A DNA stretch of 64,000 nt from an uncultured Candidatus Saccharibacteria bacterium (GTDB taxonomy: Bacteria > Patescibacteriota > Minisyncoccia > Phycocordibacterales > UBA5272), in the NCBI GenBank assembly GCA_964635125.1, contig CAZWMQ010000002.1:47591-111590 (forward strand). Reading direction: 5' to 3'. Shown here one piece after another: positions 53,314 through 64,000 of the stretch. A program made the translations under genes and the position numbers. The notes under the pieces were generated by a model. That model had not been told where the DNA came from, searched no databases, and saw only the letters and a program-made list of their open reading frames with translations. Position 1 is the stretch's first letter. Every line of letters begins with the position of its first letter.

Positions 53314-56300
53314 TTAATTCTGAGATAATGCTTCGGATGTAGTGTTATCGTTTAATAGAATATTATTAACAAATCCCCTAGTTGACCAGAAAAAGTTTCC
53401 AGTTCCAACTCCATTTGTAATTCCTACATTAGTTAAGATTGATGGATTAGCTTCTTGATAAGTTTTCAAAGCATTCCAAGTCATATATCCGAAATAATTA
53501 GTCTCTTGCCCTAATGAACCAGGACCAGTTTCAGCTAATTTAAATCCTTTTAGATTTAAGAACTTTTGAAGAGCTTTGACTTCGTCTCCTATTGAACCTA
53601 ATTTTAGATTTTGGGTAAATTGATAAGCTGTCGCTCCTAATACTGACCCATTTCCTCCATTTGTAGTTGTTTGAGGTGGAATAAATATTGAGCCTCCACT
53701 AAAAGTCTGAGGAGTTGAAGTTGGATTACCGCCGCCGCCGCCGCCATTTTCCTCTACTCCTGTAATTGATATGTTTGTGCTAGTAGAGCTAGTTGCTCCA
53801 TCATTATCAGCTACAGTAAGTACTACATTATAATTCCCATTACTAGTATAAGTATGGCTTGGATTTAATCCTAAAGCACTATTACCATCTCCGAAATCCC
53901 AATTTAAATCAGAAATTGTTCCGTCTGTATCAGTTGAAGTATTTGTGAATAGTATAGTTGGATCATTAGAATTATCTACAATGAAACTCGCAATAGGGCT
54001 ATTGTTCTCATCGCCTTCGCCTTCTCCATCTCCACCATGATTACTGGTAACATTTACATCATAAGTTGATTCGTTACTCTTGTTGTTAGCTTTATCGACA
54101 GCAATTAGATGTATAGTATAATCGCCACTTTCTAAATCAGAAACATCAAATCCTCCTAACTCAACCGAACTAGTTGAGCTTCCAAAATTTGTCGCTCCAT
54201 TTGCCCAAGTAGTTACACAATTACTATTTCTAGTTCCTCCGATTTCTGTACTATCATTTTTCTTAGTCAACCAACAATAATAATAATTTAAATTAATGTC
54301 AGTTATATACCCAGAAAAAGCTTCTACATCGTCTGTTTGAGTAGCTGAGGTAATTTGAGCAACTGGTTTAATATTATCAACAGTTATCTTCCATAGATCG
54401 CTCCAAACACTTTGATTATTAGAACTATCAACGGCTTTGACTCTCCACCAATAATTAGTATCACTAACATTGGTAGCAGTCTTACTGGTGGTGCTATATT
54501 CTCCATGGAATCTTAAACTAGAAGCTGTGGAATTGTTATAACTTTCATAAATATAATGATCAACATCATCTGAACTATCACTCCAAACTTGAGTTATGCT
54601 TGCTCCATTAACTACGGAATTATTAGCTGGGCTCACTAAAAGTGGTTTAGCTGGGGGATTAGTATCAGGCATAGTCAACACAAAACTACTAGTCCAACCA
54701 GGGTTATAAGTATTTCCAGCCATATCAACTACATTAGCATTAGCACTATAAGTTCCTGATCCACATAGAGAACTAGTTGCATTTACATTATATATAGAAG
54801 AAATATCGTATTGTTTAGATCAAGATGAGCTTGTGCTAAATGGAGAAGTTATAAGATTAAACAAAAACCCTCCGCAACGAGCATTTATATTACTATTAAG
54901 TAATTGAAGATATACTCTATTCAAAGCTAAATTATCAGTTGAAGTTCCACTAACTGTAAATTTACCATTAACTACCGGACTAACACTAATAGTTGTAAAA
55001 GGAATAGTGTGATCGTAATAATAATGAACTGATGGACTCCAACCTCCGATGTTACCGGCCTTATCAATTCCTCTTACCCAGATAGTAACCCCTCCTTCTT
55101 CATTTGGGCCTGGTTGATGTCCTCTTGAAGTTCCGTTAACATCTCGACATCCTACCCATTTACCATTGATAGTAGTGGTTGCTGAACAAGTTGAGTCTCC
55201 AAAAGTATGTCCGTCATCATATTGGTAAGCGACTTGATAATGATCAATCTGTTCAGGATTTCCATTTATATCTTTGGTGATTGGATTCCAAGAATCATTA
55301 ATTGGGGTAATCCTAAACCATTGTCTTTCTCCTGGAGTTAAGATAGTGGTTATAGCTGGAGCAGCTGTATCAGAATTAAGTACTAAATTGTCTCGTACAG
55401 TTGACCCATTTCCTGCTTGATCAAATGGTACAGCAGTTACAGTAAATTGTCCCCCATTAACTACACCAAGTTCTTGTAATTTCTGAGCTGGGAATGTATA
55501 GTTAAATGTTCCGCTAGCATTACCTTTAACTATACCGAGAGCATAATGATAACCATAATCTGGATGAGTATTATGATAATAATAATTATAATTATAACTA
55601 TACCCATTACCAGGAGAAAGATACAACATAATATGATCGATACCGCTCAAATTATCAGAATATGTCCCCGTAACGGTTAAGTCATTATTGGTACTAACAT
55701 GACTCCCGGCATTTGGTCAAGTAAAAGTAACAATTGGGTCAGTGATATCATAATTAATTATAGAAGAAGTAGACCAGTCTGAAGTTTTATCATTATCTCC
55801 AACCGATCTAACTCTAAATACTCAAGGAGCTTCAATTCCTTTTGGAGTTGTTCCAAAAGCTTGATTTGGAATGCTGGTTATATTACCTAAATTTTCTGGG
55901 CTAGATCAAGTCAATCCACCATCTTTCGAATAAGAGTAATCGTAACTAGCGATTGGTTCTGGAGTAGTAGTTGGATTAGATCAGCTTGGGGTGATTAGAT
56001 CAACATTAGTTGAAGTAATAGAATGATTGGTACTATTTAGTCAAACTAAGTTGATTGGGGCAGATGGTGCTGGTGTTTCAAATGTATATTCTTTACACCC
56101 GGCTACTATTTTAGTAATTGTGTAATCGCCTAAGACCCCGCTACCAAGACTATATCCAATCGCTAAAACTTTAGCATTTGGAAATCTATTTAACCATTCT
56201 TCTGCTGTTCCAAACCAATTACTTCCATTTCCTCCTCCGGTATTTGGAGCATTATCTTTTACAAATTGCTGAGCACTATTTGATAGCCACCAATTATTTC

Positions 56301-58323
56301 CATAAATAGTTTCTCCGACTAAGATTCCGTCGGGGGTTCCGTCATTATTAAAATCTACAACTAATTGAGAGCTCGGAGCAATACTTCCAGAATTAGTTAT
56401 ATAATTAATAGTATCTGAAATATTATTAGTTCCTAGATCTTTTAGATCAAAATTAGTAACGAAATACCCTGCAGCCTTATCTGTAGAGGTGTTTCCTTCA
56501 GTCCAAATATGTAACCCGTTAGAAACAATCTGATTATGCCCTGTGGCTCTAGTCTCTGATAAATCCCATGTTGATAAATCAGTTGTTACAACTTGAGTAG
56601 GATTAGTACAGACATTTATTAATATTGGTTCGAAGTCATACTCATCATTAACGGTTGTAGTAATAACATGAAAATCATCAACATTCCCTGTAAAATTTGT
56701 CCAACCACTCCCTGCCTTAAATCCAACGGCTTGAAGTGTTCCGAGATTAATTCCTATATTTGGATAAAGAGCTATTAATTGAGAAAATGTACATGGATTA
56801 GATTGAGAACAATTATTATTGAATAAAGTTGATGCTTTGGATAGCCATCACTTACCATTTACAGCATTCCAAGTCTGCCATTGATTATCAGTAACTGTAC
56901 CATTTAAATATGGTTCATATACTAATCGACCTTGCCATCCTAAATTACTATCAGTAACATCTTTTGTTATATTTAACTGAATAGATGGAGCAATCGTATT
57001 ATTACCACTTTGGACATAAGTTGAATAATCTATTGTAGAAATGTCTGATAACTTTGTTCCACCATATTGTGGAAGTGCAACTAAATATCCCTCTCCTGAA
57101 GTAGCGACGGATATTTCTAAACTCCCAGATCCTAATGGTGCAGTAGCTGGTCCATTAACATAGTCTGCACTTCCGCCATTTCCATTATCATCGATTGGAG
57201 TTCATCCATGTAAATCTCCAGGTTTAACTATAATCATATTTAGACTTGGGGTAGTCGTCCCGCTTCCAGATCCTCCACCACCACCGCTAGAAATTGGGTC
57301 TGTAGTCTCAGTAAGTGTCGAACTAGTGGCAAAGTTAGTCCCGTCAGTCGCTACTACAAACATGGCATAGCTAGTAGAAGCTGTTAAACCAGTAATAGCT
57401 GAGCTTGTAGAAGTAGTAGAACCATAAGAAGCTCCATCCTTAAATACTTCGTAAGAAGTAGCTCCAGATACATCATTCCAATGAAGTACAAAAGAAGTCG
57501 AAGTTAAATTAGACACATATAAGTTCGGAGCAAATAAAGTCGAACTTGAAGTAGTAGCTGCCGCTAAAGTAGTCTCTTCTAAAGAAGCAATTCCTGATAC
57601 ATTTCCAGCATTATCAAATGCCGCCACAGTTAAAATATAAGTAGAAAAAGCAGTTAATCCAGAAATTGTAAAGTTAGTGTTGGTTGTAGTTGCAATAGTT
57701 GTGCTAGCCGAGCTTTGTAATTTATAACCTACAGAATAATAAGCTATACCGCTTCCAGTATCTATTGAAGGATCTCAAGTTAATCCGATAGAATTACTAG
57801 TAACAGAAGTCGTAGCGAAATTAGCTGGTGTAGATGGGGCAGTATTGTCTACAGTAGAAGTAGAAATTAAATCTCCAGTTAAAACAACATTAGAAATTAT
57901 TGCATTATCAAGATTAGAAGGATTCCCTAACAATCTAAAAACTAAACTGAAATTACTATTAGAAGAAGTAGCATTATATGGTATAGATATACTTATATGC
58001 CCGACTTCACTAGAAGAAGTAGTTCCGGTCTCACCTTCGATACTACCAAGAGATTGAACCTTAGCCGCACCAGTATCAATATTATATCCATAATCTAAAA
58101 AATCTCCTGGTTCTAAACTACGAATATCATAATCGAAAGATAAATTTAAATTATTATAAAGACTAGTATCGGTAGCAATCTTTTTAAAACCGGCTGGGCC
58201 AGTTATAGTTGATGATGCTGTTTGATTAATTAAAGTTGTTCCACCTGTTGCTAAAGCATAATATAAAGATATACCGGCAACAGCAGTAAGAACAATTCCA
58301 AAAATTGATAATATTTTTTTCAT
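53314..58323 (-). CDS. giant (~1669 aa) secreted surface protein with signal peptide, FN3, PKD and a C-terminal peptidoglycan-binding domain; at least 10 in-frame TGA
   Basis: Track ORFs 57775-58323, 57202-57627, 54820-55650 and 53314-54723 share one frame across TGA. The 57775-77 and 54820-22 junctions were checked codon by codon. Between 55651 and 57201 the - strand carries many TGA codons. FN3 'FAPNLYVSNLTSTSFVLHWNDVSGATSYEVF'. PKD 'DLNWDFGDGNS'. PG-binding 'LKLGSIGDEVKALQKFLNLKGFKLAETGPGSLGQETNYFGYMTWNALKTYQ'. TAA stop at 53314-16. Confidence 0.55.
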
Positions 58324-58593
58324 ATTTTTATTTTTAAATTTTTATGAAGTTTTTAAAACGAAATAATTCGCTAATAAATTAATAATAAAGAAAGAACAAC
58401 ACAACACTTAATTTATTAAAGATAAATAAGCATTTACCAACTTATACATAGACAATCTACATATTATTTTAAGTATATAACCATCAAAATCTAATGTCAA
58501 TATAGAAATAGTTTTACTTTTACTAAAAATATGTTAAAATAAATCTAAATTCTTAAGTCTTGGTTCTTGCAACTTGAAACTTGACTCTTGAAT

Positions 58594-58660
58594 GCAGTGG
58601 TAGCTCAGCTCAAGTAAGAGATTCTGCGAGCACCGCCCGTAATGGACGGAAAGTGGAAAT
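58594..58660 (+). pseudogene. partial duplicate of the tRNA-Asp 5' half with a divergent continuation
   Basis: 'GCAGTGGTAGCTCAGCT' is identical to the tRNA-Asp 5' end and is followed by non-tRNA sequence. Preceded by five CTTGNNN heptamers. Confidence 0.5.
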
Positions 58661-58697
58661 CAAAAACTGAATTGATATATTTCTGTAATAAAAATAT

Positions 58698-58771
58698 GCA
58701 GTGGTAGCTCAGCTGGTTAGAGCACCGCCCTGTCACGGCGGGGGTCGTGGGTTCGAGTCCCATTCACTGCG
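58698..58771 (+). tRNA. tRNA-Asp (anticodon GUC)
   Basis: Acceptor GCAGTGG/TCACTGC, D-arm GCTC-AGCTGGTTAG-AGCA, anticodon stem CCGCC/GGCGG with loop CTGTCAC, T-arm GTGGG-TTCGAGT-CCCAT. Confidence 0.85.
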
Positions 58772-58940
58772 CAAAAAATAATGAGAAACTCTAAAAGAGT
58801 TTAGAATATATTTTTGGCTAAGGAGCGAGGCTCGAACTAAATTGTCTGCAAAGCCAGTTTTTAATTTTGAAGAAATGAAAAACTGAGACAATTTATGCAG
58901 GGTCGAGAAATGATGAGTGAAGCGAATATATTTGGTGACC

Positions 58941-58963
58941 GAGTCCCATTCACTGCGCAAAAA
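58941..58963 (+). repeat. 23-bp direct repeat of the tRNA-Asp 3' end (58755-58777), att-like
   Basis: 'GAGTCCCATTCACTGCGCAAAAA' occurs twice, 186 bp apart. Confidence 0.6.
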
Positions 58964-59034
58964 TAAAAAGTTAATAATTAATTTGTATATATAAACTAAT
59001 TATGATATTATAAATCTACTATTTTTATAGTATA

Positions 59035-59105
59035 TAGCGGAATGGAGTAAAGGTAACTCGCAAGGCTCATAACCTTGAAACCCAGGTTCGAATCCTAGTT
59101 CCGCA
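59035..59105 (+). tRNA. tRNA-Met (CAU), initiator-like (A11:U24, unpaired 1.72)
   Basis: D-arm GAGT-AAAGGTA-ACTC, anticodon stem CAAGG/CCTTG with loop CTCATAA, T-loop TTCGAAT. One C.A mismatch in the T-stem. Confidence 0.6.
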
Positions 59106-59143
59106 ACAATTTTGATTTTCTTTACTCCATTCTATTTTAGCGG

Positions 59144-59214
59144 AATGAATTAAAGTTAAACTCAGCAAGCTCTAACCTTGAAACCCAGGTTCGAATCCTA
59201 GTTCCGCAACAAAT
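59144..59214 (+). pseudogene. degenerate copy of the initiator-like tRNA; D-stem disrupted, anticodon loop CTCTAAC (would read as CUA)
   Basis: The acceptor, T-arm and 3' half are identical to 59035-59105. The D-arm and anticodon stem are mutated. Confidence 0.45.
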
Positions 59215-59251
59215 AATACAAGAACTCTGAAAATAAATATTTGTAGAGTTT

Positions 59252-59782
59252 TTAACTATCCTTTTTAAATCTTCTCTCATTCTCTACATTATAAGCCAAC
59301 CAAAAAGAAGACATGTAAATAGCCCACCACAATATCTGAATAAGAGAAGAATTCATTCCATGATATATCATATAAAATTTTTCTATGGTCCATAAAATCA
59401 TACCTAGTATCATAGCCCATCTTTTTCCTTTATAAATAAACAAGCCAATAAATAACATCAAAAATACATCCACTAAAGAACCGATCTCTAGATAATTTAC
59501 TATGATAAATATTAATGTTACCAATGAAGAAAATAACATCAATAAAAAACTAATTCCTCTAGCAGATTGAGTTATTTTTAGAGAATTATAGTTCTCTATT
59601 TGATAGTTTATCTCTTCTTTGTTTAATTTCCACCAAAAAATCCAATGCTGTTTTCTTTTTTTCTTACTATTAATACCTCCGGTAGATTCTTTCTTTATTA
59701 TAATTTCTTTTCCACAATTACTACAAAATCTATTACCATCTTCTAATTCTTTTTTACAATTTGTACAAAAATTTTTATTCAT
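59252..59782 (-). CDS. zinc-ribbon plus membrane protein (hypothetical)
   Basis: N-terminal 'CTNCKKELEDGNRFCSNCGKE' followed by 4 TM helices. Confidence 0.45.
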   Translation of the reverse strand: MNKNFCTNCKKELEDGNRFCSNCGKEIIIKKESTGGINSKKKRKQHWIFWWKLNKEEINYQIENYNSLKITQSARGISFLLMLFSSLVTLIFIIVNYLEIGSLVDVFLMLFIGLFIYKGKRWAMILGMILWTIEKFYMIYHGMNSSLIQILWWAIYMSSFWLAYNVENERRFKKDS

Positions 59783-60079
59783 ATATTAAATTTAATACTT
59801 TAAATCAAAAATACCCGCAAATATAATTATAACCCAAAAAGAAATAAAAGATAAAGATGCGAAACACAAAAAGATAATAATAATCTTTAAAAGAAAATCT
59901 GCATTTTTTAAAAAATTACTTTTTTCATAAATATAATAAGTGAAAAAACTAGACATTAAAATAGGAAGGATTAATAATATATATATTATTCATAAATTTT
60001 AATTATTGTTATATACAATATAACATAAATTAAGATTATTTATACATAGTAACCAACTACTAAAAACTAGCTAATATAT

Positions 60080-60156
60080 TGGTGTCAGTAGGTGGAATTG
60101 AACCACCGACCTTGGCTTTATGAGTGCCACGCTCTAACCAACTGAGCTATACTGAC
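60080..60156 (-). tRNA. tRNA with CAU anticodon (elongator Met or Ile2-lysidine type); CCA encoded
   Basis: Reverse complement: acceptor GTCAGTA/TACTGAC, D-arm GCTC-AGTTGGTTAG-AGCG, anticodon loop CTCATAA, T-arm GGTGG-TTCAATT-CCACC, 3' ACCA. Confidence 0.75.
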
Positions 60157-60201
60157 TTATCTTGAAAATATAACATATTTAAAGAGATTTTTCTAACTAT
60201 T

Positions 60202-63200
60202 TTATTGAGTAGGAGTTGAGGTAGCTTCTGATGTGGGTGTTGATTCTGGGGTTATTTGTGGTTCAGTTGTTGGAGTTGAGTCAGGTGTTGAAGTTGATTC
60301 TGATGTAGTTTCAGTAGAGTTCGAAAAATTGTCATCTATAGTATTTGAGGTAGTTGAGCTATTGTCTGAATTAGTCTCAGTAGTTGAAGATCCATTACTA
60401 ATATCAGGAGTAGTCGTTCCGTTATCTGTATTTGTTTCTAAAGTGGTTGAGCCATTATTATCTGAGCTTGAAGAAAACTCGCTTCCTCCACTAGTATTGG
60501 TATTGCTATTCGAAGAAGAATTTTGAGTATTTAATAATTCTTGTAATTGATTAGCATTAGTACAAACTTGCTGCCCATTTTCATTAATCAAACAAAGTTT
60601 CTTCGTCTCAATAAGATCAGAATATAATTTTACAAAATATCCTCTGATAGCAGAAATTCTTAATACTACCAGGTTAGTTAGTAATTCATACCCGGATGAT
60701 AATCTATTATGAATTGTTTGTAAAACATCTATATTATTTTCATTGGTTATAAGATCTATGGTGTTAGTAGCATCACTATTAATTGTTAAAAGAGAATCGC
60801 TACCATTTAAAGTATTGAAAGTTGATTTTAAAGAAGCTACAATATATGGAGTGAATCCTCCATAATTGACTCCTTTCAATCCTCCTGGGTCAGTAGAAAC
60901 CAAATCCGAAAATAATTGTTCTACTTCTTGGGCTATAAATCCAGTATGCTTTGAGCTTGAGCTAGACTCTATTTTCCAATTATAACTAACAGGGTTTAAA
61001 ATTAAAAGTTTATCTAAGACCGATAAGGAGCTAGTAGCTATATTATTATTTAAAACAAACTGAACTTCACTGTTATTTAAAATTGCCGAAGTATTAACTA
61101 AATCTATATTCTTCTTTAAATTAATATCGGAAGAACAAGTCAAAGAAGTTGTATTTGGACTAATCGTACAATTCCCACTACTATTAGTAAATCTAGCGAC
61201 TACACCTGAAATACTACTATTACCAACATCTAAAGTGTATTGTGGAGTAGATGTAGCAATACCTATATAATCACTACTCAAATCCCCATAAATAGTATTC
61301 CCAATATTCAATTGATTATTAGAGGTAGAAGCAGTAACATCTACATTATAACCAATTAAGATATTGTCATGACCGGTAGTGATAGAGTCTCCAGCTTGAT
61401 AACCAATAGCTGTGTTATTGTATCCAGTGCTATTATTATATAAAGCACTCAATCCAATACCAGAGTTACTTCCTCCAGTAGTATTATTTCTAAGAGTTCC
61501 TCGACCAACTGCCACATTAGATTGTCCAGAAGTAGTATTTTGAAGAGCATAAGATCCAAGTCCAACATTGTCACTAGAACTTGTGGCGCTATTAATAGCT
61601 TGATAACCGATAGCCACATTATCTAATCCAGTTAAGTTATTCTGTAAAGCATAAGTACCTAAAGCCAGGTTTCCACTTCCACTAGTGTTAGCAGCTAAAG
61701 AGTTAACTCCAAGTCCAACATTATCATTTCCATCAATATTAAATCCTAAAGCATCATTACCTATAGCTATATTATTAGTACCTATAGTATTAAAATCTAG
61801 AGCATATGGTCCGATGGCGACATTATTTTGAGAACTAGTAGAGTGATTAAGAGCTAGGTGACCAATGGCTATGTTGTAGCTTCCAGTAGTCATACTCTGC
61901 ATAGCATCAAATCCTATGGCTGTATTTCTATTACCACTAGTTATATTTTGTAAAGATTCAGATCCTACTCCTGTATTATATTGTCCGGAGGCTGATGAAT
62001 TACCTGAGTTACCAAAGAAATAGCTGTTTAAGGTTGTGGAGGCAAAGACGAGAGAAGTTCCATTTAAAGTAACTTGACTTGTAGTACTAACTATCACTCC
62101 TGTTTCATTTAACCAAGAAGCTGTGGTGCCATTAGTATATAAGAATTTACCAGCATTGCCAGATTGAGATGGAAGACCTCCACCTGAAACTGTCGCCCAA
62201 GCTACCACTCCACTTCCATTAGTTTGTAAGACTTGTCCGTTAGTTCCATCAGTATTAGGTAAAGTGTAGGCTCCGATCTTTAAGGTTCCAGTGAAGCTAC
62301 CGGTTCCGGCAACAGTTAGGGTTTCATTTAGAGTAGAAGTTCCAATCCCAATCTTTCCACCAGAAATAGCTGTGGTGGTTGGATTACCAGAAGTAGTTGA
62401 ATATAATCCTGTTCCAAATAATATTCCACCAATGTTAAGAGAGTTAGTGGTTGCATTAGGTAAAGAAACATTGGTTCCAATAATAATATTGTTATTACCT
62501 ATGTTATTAGAAGTAAAAGACATACCAGCTTGATAACCAATCAGATTAGAGTATTGAGCATTATCTGCTCCATATCCAGCAGATGTCCCAATGAAGTTTG
62601 AATTATCTGCATCAGTTGCACTATATCCAGCATTATAACCAAGGAAGTTAGCATAAGAAGTTCCATTTGCACTATATCCAGCAGAATCACCAATGAAGTT
62701 AGATTCATCTGAACTGCTAGCATTATGTCCAGCATCTGTCCCGATAAAGTTAGAATATGGCGAACTAGTAGCATTCTGCCCAGCACTTGTCCCAATGAAG
62801 TTAGAATCATTCGAATTGCCAGCATTCATACCAGTATTTAAACCAAAGAAGTTAGAGTCTCCGGAATTAGCTGAATAATTACCGGCTTGATGACCGAAGA
62901 AGTTAGAATAACTTGAATCATGAGCATTTTGTCCAGACCAACCAATATAGTTAGAGATAGAGTTATAAGCTTGATAACCAGCATAATAACCAATACCTAC
63001 TGCTCCAGCTGAATTATAAGCACCATATCCAGCACTTAGACCAAAGAAGTTAGTGGCTCAAGAACCATTAGCTCCATAACCAGCATTTTCTCCTAAGAAA
63101 TTAGATTCGTGAGTACCAGTAGCATTTTGTCCAGCTCCATCTCCTAAGAATACTGATTGATAAGCATCTGATCCGTTTCCAGCATTATTACCTAAGAATA

Positions 63201-64000
63201 TATTTCTACCAGTATAAGTAGTTGATCCTACTCCAGCATTAAGTCCTGGAGTATATATAGTATTTAAAGTACTAGAAGCAATTGGAGAAGAAATAGTAAT
63301 TACTCCAGAACCATTGTCAGAGATTGTTGTTCCATATTGTCCGGTTAGATTAAGTAAGGTAGATGAGCCATTGGTTACTCCATTTGTTTTTAGAGTGATT
63401 GAGCCCCCTCCCACTGTCTGCCAAGATCCATCATCTCTTAAGAACTTAGTACCGTCTGGAGTTCCAGTAATAGATAATTTAGAGATAGCAATAGAGCCGG
63501 CTAACATTGAATTAGTTACTTTACTTGCTCCAATAGTAGTGACAATAGATGTAGTTCCTGAACCACTAACATCACCTGAGAGAGTAATAGTTTGATTACC
63601 AGTTAAATAATCAGTTCCGGGAGTGGCTATTGCTAAAGTGTTTGCTCCAGTTCTCTTAATTAGTCCGTTAGAAGATAATCCTGTAATAGTATCTTGAGTA
63701 ATAGAGCCACCTAATGGAATAGCTACTCCAGCAATGGTAATTGTGGCATTAGCTAAGTTAGCATTAGTAATACCAGCAGTTCCTGATAGATTAGCATTAG
63801 TTAGTCCTGAGATAGAACCACCTAAGGTTAGGTTTCCTGAAGTAGCAACTGTTCCGGTTAAAGTAAGACCGGAGACAGTTCCAGTTCCTCCTACTGAAGT
63901 AACTGTTCCTACTGAGACATTACCTGATCCTAAGAGAGAGTTACTATTAACTGTCTTAATATTAGTTCCTGAGACTAAGGTGTCTTGTTTTCCATTAATC
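60202..64000 (-). CDS. giant fibre-like surface protein, 5'-truncated by the window edge, with YadA-head-like 14-residue repeats, a beta-rich shaft, a peptidase-S74 intramolecular-chaperone (auto-cleaving) domain and an S/T/P/E-rich tail; multiple in-frame TGA
   Basis: The frame continues upstream of the track M at 62829 through TGA codons, e.g. 63058-60, into track ORF 63058-63507 and beyond 64000. 14-mer repeats 'xSNFIGxxAGxxAx'. S74 motifs 'SSDINLKKNIDLV', 'PVSYNWK', 'GFIAQEVEQLFSDLV' and 'LKGVNYGGFTPYIVASLK'. Confidence 0.6.

Noticed and set aside
58780-58930. tRNA on the minus strand suggested by a 'GAGGCTCGAAC' T-loop-like motif
   Set aside because: No complementary T-stem or acceptor could be formed.
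58733-58960. 75-aa minus-strand ORF in the track
   Set aside because: It reads antisense through tRNA-Asp and its downstream direct repeat; the 'RSEWDS' peptide at both ends is the repeat. It is not a gene.
62291-62878. Short ORFs on both strands (62291-62533, 62541-62825, 62693-62878)
   Set aside because: They are alternative frames or antisense reads of the repetitive giant fibre-protein gene.

Overview
This window is a low-GC (~30%) bacterial chromosomal segment. UGA is read as a sense codon, best fit Trp (translation-table-4-like), because in-frame TGA falls on conserved Trp positions of AspRS, the M23 peptidase WP motif, the ribosomal S1 'NPW'/'SW' motifs and the LepB 'SRxWG' motif. The six-frame ORF track therefore splits at least ten real genes, and I merged them.

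Content from left to right:
- 1-960: an unusual tandem array of about nine mini transcription units.
- 978-13765: a 12-gene surface-polysaccharide cluster with GT4 (x3), a WbaP-like priming transferase, GT9, two WavE-like paralogues, a nucleotidyltransferase, GDPD, a cupin, a HAD hydrolase and a Wzx flippase.
- About 13.9-18.1 kb: a DUF3800-like protein, a SEDS (FtsW/RodA) protein, a secreted hypothetical, a membrane protein and one further hypothetical.
- 18.2-19.4 kb: rplJ-rplL with a leader, not followed by rpoB.
- 19.9-24.1 kb: a 5S gene and a 23S gene (no 16S) on the minus strand, the 23S carrying two inverted-repeat-flanked intervening sequences.
- 24.4-30.4 kb: an EnvC-like M23 peptidase, a 1011-aa S-layer-like protein and a wHTH protein.
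- 30.4-44.9 kb: ftsK, recA, an orphan structured sRNA candidate, rpsA, pth, lepB, hisS, a tandem-repeat protein cassette flanked by a 40-bp duplication of the hisS 3' end, rpsU, ybeY, ftsA, ftsZ, trxB, a TfoX-like protein and a GlsB family protein.
- 45.1-51.8 kb: tRNA-Glu, a VirD4/TraD-like ATPase, a CPA2 antiporter with a TrkA-N protein, hypotheticals and aspS.
- 51.8-53.2 kb: small YdeI-like and CAP-domain proteins.
- 53.3-64.0 kb: two giant minus-strand surface/fibre proteins (1669 aa with FN3, PKD and PG-binding domains; more than 1260 aa with YadA-like 14-mer repeats and a peptidase-S74 intramolecular chaperone domain), flanking a tRNA locus. That locus holds tRNA-Asp with duplicated 5' and 3' fragments, an initiator-like tRNA-Met, a degenerate copy of it and an elongator tRNA-CAU.

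Overall features resemble a CPR/Patescibacteria-like cell-walled bacterium: unlinked rRNA genes, 23S insertions, giant surface proteins and a small-genome housekeeping set. The lineage cannot be fixed from sequence alone. All coordinates are from manual reading and may be off by a few bases.
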